This document shows, piece by piece, positions 53,870-64,000 of a stretch of 64,000 nt of DNA (within the stretch, counting starts at the first letter, position 1; each line of letters starts with the position of its first letter). The stretch covers positions 668,361 through 732,360 of the forward strand of contig JALDTO010000142.1 of the NCBI GenBank assembly GCA_023515725.1, given 5' to 3'. The DNA is from Amoeboaphelidium protococcarum X5. Lineage: Eukaryota > Fungi > Aphelidiomycota. A model generated the notes under the pieces. It searched no databases and was not told the origin of the DNA. It was given only the letters and a program-made list of their open reading frames with translations. Both the position numbers and the translations under genes were made by a program.

Positions 53870-54841
53870 TCAAGCTAGATGCAAAGCCCAGGTGAATTAC
53901 AGAGCTAAAACCGACATCAACTGCACAGACAGGCTAAATCCACTAGAAGATTCGTCACCATCATTATTGTTATTATTATTATCAGTACTCTTCTCAGACT
54001 TTGATGCCAGATCTTTGCAACTCAACTTGAGTTGATCAAGCTCCTGCTGCTTCAATGAGAGGTCGTTCCATTACGACGGGGTGTATGACAGCTAAATAGA
54101 CTTTCTGCTTTTCATAAAAAAGTAATTCTTCGCCCAGATCGAGTCTGCAGGCTCCAAATACTCGACATTGCCTTTGTATTGCAGCGGAATCCCGTATACC
54201 AGACCCGATATATCATACTCTGATGTCCAATGTGCAAGATAGTGGCTTACAAGACCTTGGCCATTCACAATGTAGCTATCAGTCTAGAAGGAGAAGTGGA
54301 GATACTTTAGGCCGGCCTCCTTGAATAAAGGCAGCATTTGATATGAAATTGTCCTATTGTTACTCTAAAACGCGTAATCAAGAATGGTGACATCTTTGAC
54401 AATTGCGTATACATCTTGTTTACGCAGGGCAGGTAATTTATCAAGTACCGAATTTTATAGAGCTTTCAGAGCATCGATAGTAGCATTAGCATCAAGTTGT
54501 TCAGACTTTTTCAGACGAGGCAGCTTCTTGGAAGACTCAATACCAATTACGATGGAGAAGTTGGAATTCTAGGCTAAACTTTAGTTGAACAATTCTATCA
54601 TCTGGTCTGGCATGTCCAGAGATTTCAGATCAGCCGTTGCATTCACCATATACATAGGAGAAAGTCCATTATCAGCACTCCACTTTGAGGAATTCATATT
54701 GATAGAGTCCAGAGAGGTGAAGATGGGATGCAGTCTACCAACGCATTGATCGTACGATAGCGCTGCGGTATTAGCAGTTTGAGCTCCTACATGCCATGAC
54801 GCGGCGCTTATAGCAATAACCAGAGATATAAAGTAATACAT
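53870..54841 (-). CDS. Secreted, possibly GPI-anchored hypothetical protein (323 aa)
   Basis: Signal peptide MYYFISLVIAISAASW; Asn/Ser-rich linker then hydrophobic C-terminus. Confidence 0.7.
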
Positions 54842-54981
54842 ATATCCAAAATTAGATCTTAATCAGAATTAATTTAAGGGAAGATAGTGCTTTTATTAAG
54901 CATCCGCATTTTAAGCAGGGCATTATATCTTTTCTTGATCAAATCTCATGTAAAGGAGTCTTCATGTGATTTTGATATAAG

Positions 54982-55986
54982 ATGAACGTTATGTAAAGTA
55001 TCGTAGATCTAGTAGATTAGGCATCAGAACGCCTATTCATAGAAAACAAAATAGATTAGCCATAAGAACTATTAAGATAAATTAAGAACCGATTTGTGGA
55101 TCGAGATTATGTGGGGGTGTTTTAGGAATCTAAAGAGCAATTGGCAGTGTACATGGCGCATTACACTCCTTCACGCGCCATGTGTTATTATAGCTTGGTA
55201 TCTGAGTCAAAGCTTCTGGGCGATATCCTCAGTGGTAGAAGACAGAAACTGGATTATGAGCTTTAAAGGCGCAAACTGGCGCGCAAAGGTCTTGACGCGT
55301 CGCAGTTGAAATTGCCTGACCAGGATCTGAATGTGACTTGTATCGGTGCTGGGAGTGGAAGTGAGTTGGTAGCATTTTACTCTTATATCTCTCAGTAAAT
55401 GCACATTCCTAATAAGAGTATCGAAAATCCCGAGTCTGTGATATTTTCGGAATATGAAGACTCATTGACTGGTTTCCATCTGGAGTTAGCTCGCATAAAT
55501 TTGATCGATTTTGCAGATTGGTCGTAGTGTTACTAGTAGCTTGCCTCCGAGCTAAGTGTCTTATCGAATGACACCAGACTCTAGAGCTCTTTTACTTAAC
55601 GTGATATTCTCAGTATGGATGATAAAACACGTAAAATGCTGTCATAAAGTTAGTTGATCACCTTCATGTTCGTGCTCAATGAACTATTTGCTGAATCGAG
55701 AAAATCCACAGCTATCATGCTGGTTGATCTCTTTTAGAATCTAGTTCAAGATGGTACTTATATCCTAGTATTAGAGTCTGCAGGCTCATTTAGCGAACTG
55801 TAAATTAAAGAAGGCAAATCACCAACCATGGTATTTTAGTTGCTTGATAAAATTCGCGGATTAAAAGTGCTGGAGAGTCACGATTCAAAATGGTTCAGAT
55901 ATCCGGCCAAAATCTAAAGTAAATTTCCATTAGACAATATGCGATACTTTTACAGATTGTATCAATTCAATAGATCATCTTCTTGA
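54982..55986 (+). CDS. 25S rRNA uracil-N3 methyltransferase Bmt6-like
   Basis: RDYVGVF, YTPSRAMCY, CIGAGSGSELVA, FMFVLNELF, ESAGSFS, WFR, NMRYFYRLY. Confidence 0.8.
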
Positions 55987-56616
55987 TTATTATTTTCTGA
56001 ATGGGGCCTGTTTATTTTTCGATATGTAAGACTTACCGTTTCTTGGTTTCATTTCACCAGCGCGCCGATTCGGAAACGCGGGTCTCCGCTATGCACTCTA
56101 CTTCGCCTTATAATCCTGCTTCCAACGACCAGCAAATGCGCGTTATTATTACTTGGCCAGCTCATAACGTCGACTCTTTCGCCTACCGCGATGTGTTTTA
56201 GACTTTTTAGCGGGGATACTATTGATGTCTTGACGTTATAATATCCCATTCTTGATCATTATAATCTCTTTAGCAGGTTTACAGAGATAATGTAAACGCG
56301 ATTCTTACATGATACGTTAGCTATTCATTACGATACTACTAAATCTTGTTATTCTAGCTTATCGCTAATCCGAGCTCTCATCTTAAAGATAAATTTTGGG
56401 TAAAGCTTTATGAGCCTGTGAAGAACCATTCACATTATAATCTGGTTTATCAATTTTCACAGCAGCAGTTGGATTAGACCGCCGGAATAGTTTAAACCCA
56501 TTCTACGGCTTCACAGAACCTACCACTTTAGTCTGCACATCTTGAGTTATATCTTCAACACAAATAGCTTATTCCAATCGAGCCCTGGCTCTTTAATCAA
56601 CCTCCTCCACCTCCAT
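55975..56616 (-). CDS. Basic hypothetical protein (213 aa)
   Basis: ATG-to-TGA frame under TAR=Gln; FKLFRRS, Arg/Lys-rich C-terminal half. Confidence 0.6.
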
Positions 56617-56796
56617 TGCAGCGATAGTAAGTTACTGCGCGTTTTTCCTGGTCAACGCGCGTTTCAAAGTTACCTGAATGAGAAGAAGTGCTCACGCGTC
56701 CGGCTATGAAAGCTTAAGAGAGAGACAGAGGATCCAGAGTTGTGTCTTTGGATAAATATCGGATATCAAAATTACCTATATATTGAAGAAAAAAAT

Positions 56797-59409
56797 ATGA
56801 CTAAAGATTAGAAATTGCCAGAGTATATTCCAGAGGGGTTGCAGATTCACTATAGAACTATTTAGCATTAGATCTGGAAGAAGACGATGCTGGCCACTGT
56901 GGATTATGGTAAAATATGGTCATTGTACAAGAAGGAAATTGGAGAAGTTTTGGCAGCGTAATAGTACTATACAGATGCTTTAAACTATGGATTTTACGAA
57001 GCTCTGGTACCGTGTAGAGAGGGTGGACAGGTTCCTATAACACTGTCGCATAGTGGTGCTATAACGTTGAAACAGTGGCCGCCGAACTAAAGTGTGGCTA
57101 AACATTGGCTACGTAAAACATGTCTACTGCTGAACTCTATCGGGAAGTCATAGTTGAAAACACTCATGTTTCATGAAGCTCTATAGTGCTGTAGTGTCTC
57201 ATTACAACTGGCATCCTCTATCCGCGACGATTCCGATCGTACCTCATTTTGCGCCAAAGCCATTGATGGTATCCTGAGCGTGTTGTCGTCACTTAATTTC
57301 GATAAATGCTCTTCAGACTAATTATCATAAATTCATGCCGTGTGTTGTTAGTCTATAGAACTTGGTCAATAATTGTAGTTGTATGATAAAACTTTATAGA
57401 TATTTGGTAATAGCTTGTTGGCAACTGCTCATCTGGCCGCTCAAGATCAGTCTCACCTGTCTTAATTATGCTCAGAAATGTTGGCGATTATTCGTACTTA
57501 TAGCCTTACATCTTCTATCTCTATATTATTATGTGCACTTTAACGGTATCTCCAACTCAAGTTATAGTCATCTCTGGCAGTTACTGACATTGATTTTGAC
57601 GCGTTAATAAACTCTATTGAAACTATTATTAAAGAGGATTTTAAGGATGTTTTGGATATGCTGCTTGGCTAGTAAGAATCTGTATTGGATGAATTAGTCG
57701 ACTTTATGCTAGGATTCGGTCAAGTGCAAATTGTCAAGGATGTTGTATCAAAGTTAACAGGGCCTTGTAACAAGAACGTGATCAATCGGATATAATCCTT
57801 ACAAAGCTTGATCACTAGCTTTAATGATAAAGATTCAAATGCAAAGACGCTTTAAGATTAGTTATTCAAGAGTTTGGGTGTTTAACTTGTAAATTCATTT
57901 ATCGGTATCTGCTTCTAATTGCAACTAGCATCCTTACAGGTTAAAGTGGGCGATAACAGCGGCTGGCTATTAAAAGCTCAATGTTTAGAAAAGCTATAAT
58001 ATTATGAGCTCGCCGTCTAGAGCTTTTAGTAATATTTTAACTCTGTAACTAATGCAGATACAGATCCACAAGCTGGTATACAATGTGCGCGCTGTCAGCT
58101 ATAAATTTCGGATTCGTTTGGTCAGATCAGAGCCTCTTTTGAGCGTGGTATAGATATTATCGAGCAACAAGCTTAATCTGATCAAAGTATTCTATTACAT
58201 CAAGTATACACCGAACTTATAGAGTTATGCGTGGTGTTTGGGAAGCATTAAGAGGCCTAACTGTATTAACAAAGAATGTAGCAATTATAGGGATCCCTCG
58301 ACGTATCAGGCGTTAATCTTGTTGAACAACAATAGCCTGTAGTTGATAGAGATCAAATTGTTCTCAGTGATGAGGAGGATAATGTACTGCACCACAAATC
58401 ATCTATGAATTAAGTTTAGATTAATAAATAATTGCAAGTCAAAGTGATTTCGGAATAGTACGGCTTGGATACATCAATATGTGTGAATAATACAATACGA
58501 ACTGTCGCAGATGTTAAAAGCATAGTGGAGTAGAAATTGAAAACTCAATACTATAGGTTATTCCGCATTGGGTCAATAATGAGCGGCAGTGTTCTGTATC
58601 AGGACGACCAAGATATTCACACAATTCTTAGGGGCGGAAATAGTGCGGTAGAATGTCAAGTGTTATCATCTGATGTATTGTCGCCCATTGATGAAGTTCT
58701 TCTCGATTTGGAATCTCATGCAGACAGAGAGTTTCTGTTGACTGATCCAAACAATAAAGCTTTGGTAGATAAGCTTGCGAGTATTGAAGGATTTGACTTT
58801 TAGCTATCTTATTGCTCATTCTTTAACGACAGAGTTTTCTCAGCTATTGCAAAATTGATTTGGCGCCGTCGTGGGCTCTCCTCTGATCACTCCTCAGCTT
58901 CTCTTAATCTACGTGGATGCAACATTGGAGATGAGAATTTCCTGAATTTTTTGGAAATTGCTCACTAAACCAATGGATAAAGTCTTTCATCTTTCAAGGT
59001 GATAGACTTAAGCTGCAATTAACTTACTCAAACGGGGTTCTCTGCATTATTGGCCGACTTGAACAATGCAGATAATAATAATGATGGGAAAGGGAGTTAT
59101 ATTGAGACACTGATATTGGATGGAAATGATTGTTGTGATCTTTCGTTTACTCAAGTCATTGGTACATTGCTGTCTCTTCCATCGTTGAGTCATTTATCAC
59201 TTCAATATACAACCTTGTCTGAAATCGCTGGCATTGACTAGTATCTAGCATAATGTGCGTCTAATGCTGCCAACAGAAACCTTCGTGTCGAGCTGCTTGG
59301 TAGTGATGTTGAACTTTCTAATCAGACTATTGTACCTGAAAATGTTCGCGTTATAATGCAGCGGTACGAAGATGGAACTTCTGAAATTACCTCAATCCTG
59401 AGGCTGTGA
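56797..59409 (+). CDS. TPR-like + ubiquitin-like + LRR protein (Tonsoku/TONSL-like architecture)
   Basis: Helical repeat N-terminal region, UBL-like segment ~58440-58660, RI-type LRRs (SLNLRGCNIG, IDLSCNQL, TLILDGN, HLSLQYT); 870 aa. Confidence 0.6.
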
Positions 59410-59477
59410 GTAAAGAATGTCTGAATGCAGTGAGTAAAGAATGTCTGAATGCAGTGAGTAAAGAATGTCTGAATGCA
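59406..59477. repeat. Perfect 24-bp tandem repeat x3
   Basis: GTGAGTAAAGAATGTCTGAATGCA three times between convergent genes. Confidence 0.95.
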
Positions 59478-59499
59478 GATATTATTGATTACATTAGGT

Positions 59500-60783
59500 T
59501 CATCTTCCACTTAGTTCTTATTACTACAATAGCTATTATTTTTACAACGGGCGTCCACTATAAGTCGGTGGATCCATCTGAAGCTTAAGAGACTAGATAC
59601 GTTTGTCAATCTCAGAGAGCAGGCGACTGATTTGCAAAGCAGATTCAACCTTATAATCTTTGAGAGCAGCTTTAGAGGCCATTTCAGACAGGAACGGCTC
59701 ACATAGATCTAGAAAGCGATTAAACATTGCGGATGACCCGTCAACTTCATCGCTAAACTTGCACTCCTGAATCAAATACAGCGCCAGGCCTTTGCGAATC
59801 TTTACACATCCAGATAGGACTTCAGCATTACAATACAATAAAGATAGAGTAGACAGAGCCATGATCTAAGGAATAGCACAGAAACTGAAAACTGTATTAT
59901 TCTGCAGCAGCGATAAATATTCCAGACAATGGGTGAAGTGTTGCAAACAGTTTAGCACCATATGATTAAGACACTAGACACCACAACCATCTCCGTTACA
60001 CTATAACTCATTAAAATTAGCGGCGTAAATCAAATAAATCTCTGGAGGCCAAAAGGTTCTACCATCTAGCAAATCCTCGTTAAAGTCCCTGATTATGTTC
60101 ACCTTTTACAAAAACAATCCCATATGATTAGATAGAGCATCTAAATCCTCTGACACATCTCCACCAGCAATTAAAGAGGATAACTTTGGCTCCATTCCAG
60201 ACGCGACAAATAACTTACTCAATCCAATGCCCACCAGGCCGGCAACATAATGACAGTACAGATCATAATCCGCGACAGATTAAACGCGCTTATTCGCAAA
60301 CTGCGCCATACCAAAGCCCATACGCTTACAAATATCCTGAATGACACACTTGTACTGGGAGCTGAGCTTATTAAACTGGTCAATTACGACATCAAAGTGA
60401 ACCAATAGCTCGCGATCCTTTTCCTGAGGCCCATTGAGACTGAACGTCCATCCCGCCTGATCAAGCTTTGTCCAAAACTCGCGCAACAGCGGCAACTTGA
60501 TCTCTTCTGACAGAGACATGTCATCCTCCACAGTGTCCAGACCACGCAGGACAAGATAAAAAATGCATATAGGTAGTCTCAGCTCTTCATCTAAAGCCTA
60601 GACAACTGCAGCGAAAGATCTTGAAGTGAGATTCAAATAGTAATAACATGCTGAAAGAGTGTCCTCATGATCAACTTGGTCGTTTGCGGTAGCACATTTA
60701 CCAGCTCCATTCCATACAAACTTGCAAATGGCTGCCAGTTCATTCGGATGGCCAAGCGATTTAAAAATATCTGCTAGACTCAT
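59500..60783 (-). CDS. ERG9: Squalene synthase
   Basis: [63 protein letters not shown]. Confidence 0.96.
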
Positions 60784-60993
60784 ACTTCCTGACTATAATA
60801 CAAATTGCTATACCGCACTGGGGAGAGATAACAGTGAAGAGAGGGAGAGGGAGGGAGAAATCGACGACGCGTTAAATATGACTTCACTGAGGCGTTGAGA
60901 AAGTCTCTGTGGCACAGTCAAGAACTTGTAATTCATAAAACACTGTGAAATAACAAAGAAGCAAGATGGTATAAAAGCGTCAAAATTAGATAT

Positions 60994-62514
60994 TTACATT
61001 ACAAACAAACTAGAAATCGCAGCCTCTTTACTGCCTTGATGCGCACTGAGCAGCATAATAGCTTCCGTCCTGGAGCACCCAATAATGTCCATAATCTCGC
61101 CAATATCTTGTTCTGATAAATGGAACTGCTCTTGCATTTTCTAGGCTTCATCCAGCTGGCTAGCATCAAAGTATTGAGACTCACTTTCATTGTGATCAGT
61201 ATCCTTCAATTCCTTGGTACTGACGCTCGAGGCTTATTGTGACAACTAGTCGATACCCAGATCTCTTTCAAATGGATCATCCTCGCATCTCTCCAAGAAC
61301 CATTGCTTTCTGACTTGTTATAGATACTAAAGAAGATCAATTAGTGTCGGGACTTTTAATTTCAAACATTTCACCAGACAGAGCCACAATTAATCAGCCA
61401 CAGTTTTAAAATCCTCATGAAAAGAATTATCAATCAACATTCCAAGACAAGCACTTATCTAAGCTTAGATCTAGTCAGATTTACGATTCTAAAATTACTA
61501 CAGATCATTCTTCAGGATACCTGCACTACCTTCAAAGTCGTTCTTTTAATTACAAAGATACATTTAATACCTTTTGATTGTTATGATAGAAACAGCCAGC
61601 TACTCATCTTCATGTAGAATATGATCAAAGTTGTCAACGCTGTATAGCATTTTAAAAACTTCATCAACGTCCTCAGATCCTTTCATTTCACGAATTCTAC
61701 TACAGATTGCATTAATGTCTCTAAAACGGGCATCACCACCTCCACCTTCAATAAGACCACGAATCAATCGGTATTCTTCTATCAATTGCTGATTCAAGTA
61801 CTCGTCATTACATTACAGGCGACAGAGTTCGAAGCGAAGTGAGCGCAAGAGATCACCATCATGCATCTAGAGACAGTTGAACGACTCCGTTGGTGACAAG
61901 GACATAATCAGACACAACTAATCAACTCTACGATCATTAAAATCCACAGATTGCGCTTATTACTCTGAAATTATATACTCAATATCTGCCCTTTCTGGAA
62001 GTAGAAGATTAGTGATAGTGCCTTCAACTGGTGACACGATTCCATTCAGAACGTGATACTGATTATGCAAAAGTATCATGTACTTCATCATTTGAACCAG
62101 CTAGGTATCATAATTTCTTGTTTAGACACGAGCGCGAAATTGTAGTTCAAGTTTAAGTTTGGATCTCTCAGGAATCAATTCTTCATGAGTAGGAACCACT
62201 AACAGACACTTTTAGAGACGATCGCAGAGTATTCGACATTGCAGCAGAGAGGACTGTTCATACATTTGAATAAAATCCCGAAGAGAGTTGAGTGCACTGG
62301 GACATTTGTTATACAACTACTCCAACACAGCAAGAAAGTAGAAATGAGATTTAAGCAGATCATCAGTCTCGATCAATACAAACGTCTATGGAGGATACTG
62401 AACGTGACCATGATTAATATAATCAAAAATATCTTTGACATCCTGTAAAACTACAGCTTCTTACCCACCATGATTCTAGACAAGCTCATCCAAAACACTC
62501 AGACTCAAATCCAT
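60994..62514 (-). CDS. Hypothetical protein with UBA-like motifs; 3' end unresolved (no in-frame TGA before ERG9)
   Basis: Open frame from ATG 62514; C-terminal DIGEIMDIIGCSRTEAIMLLSAHQGSKEAAISSLF is UBA-like. Confidence 0.6.
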
Positions 62515-63117
62515 GATAGTACGTGAACTTAATATTGGAAGTATTATAGTTTTTCGTTGTACCTTATTCAACAGAAAGAAAGAGGGGAGTTTGAACTAGA
62601 GAATTTCAACTGACGGAAATCTGAAACAGAAACGGAGATTTTGGTGAAATAAAATAAAATTCGAATGGGTATTTTTTTACTTATGATGTACTTAGAGTTG
62701 AATACCACCACTTCATCTCTATAGTGACTTGAGAGTTACGGTAAACTAGAACCATAAATTTTGCGCTCGGTACTTTTAGTGGTGCAATTACATGACATTG
62801 ACAAAATATGGGCTTTCAAAGCTCAAGTATGTATATTGAGATCTTGTACTCTTTCTTCATCAAAGTGCACTTGTTTAAGTGAGTTCGCGTCACCAAAGTG
62901 TTGTAATTTTTCATTGGCTATACACTTATACTTTACAGTCAACGCGCAACGCACGAATTGATCGGGACGACGCGGTAAAATAAATGGTCGACAAAAGTTG
63001 AAACAGAAAAGCTCAATTTGGGAGAGTGAGTTATGATGAAGAGCTACTTCAAAACAAAGCAAAGGGACTGCTTAAAATTCATAGAAAGAGACTTTATTCA
63101 ATCAGCCAGCCATAAAA

Positions 63118-63813
<696 letters not shown>

Positions 63814-64000
63814 TTATTAACCGAGTTTACTCAAACAATTTGTTGTTTATTACTCCGTAACTGAGAGAAGAAGAAGAAGAAGAAGAGGCGGCAGAGAGTG
63901 AAACAGGAAAGTTATGACGGAATTGGGCAAATTATATGGTTATACGCCTAGTCGGGAAAAAATTATATCGCTGCCGACCGCAGGTCGGTTGCGATATTTT

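Noticed and set aside
59406-59477. 24-bp repeats as a CRISPR array
   Set aside because: Head-to-tail copies with no spacers, no cas genes, eukaryotic context
62520-63117. ORFs or RNA gene between the UBA-like gene and polyubiquitin
   Set aside because: Short ORFs with no motifs; no tRNA or snRNA structure recognised

Overview
Gene-dense eukaryotic DNA from a fungus-related opisthokont. TAA and TAG encode Gln and TGA is the only stop (translation table 6-like). This explains why the standard-code ORF track is fragmented. The code, the compact intergenic regions and the 52-77 nt introns fit an aphelid such as Amoeboaphelidium protococcarum (inference). Re-translating by hand gives about 36 protein genes, mostly housekeeping (panB/ECM31, cystathionine beta-lyase, THOC1, SAS-6, DPP-IV, RPL25, RPN11, NBS1, ROCK/MRCK-like kinase, VPS34, QCR2, UTP11, ALDH7, FGD-like GEF, ERG9, polyubiquitin) plus several orphan and secreted proteins. 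The most notable element lies between ALDH7 and a sterol desaturase: an intact Fanzor2/IS607-TnpB-like RNA-guided nuclease gene (~46796-49167). It is hidden by ~35 in-frame TAA/TAG codons. It keeps the rearranged RuvC D-E-D triad, has lost the C-terminal zinc-finger cysteines, and carries a poly-Lys NLS and a probable host-type intron. No transposase is adjacent, and a structured non-coding tail downstream is a candidate omegaRNA. All coordinates and family calls come from manual reading and motif recognition; no searches were run.
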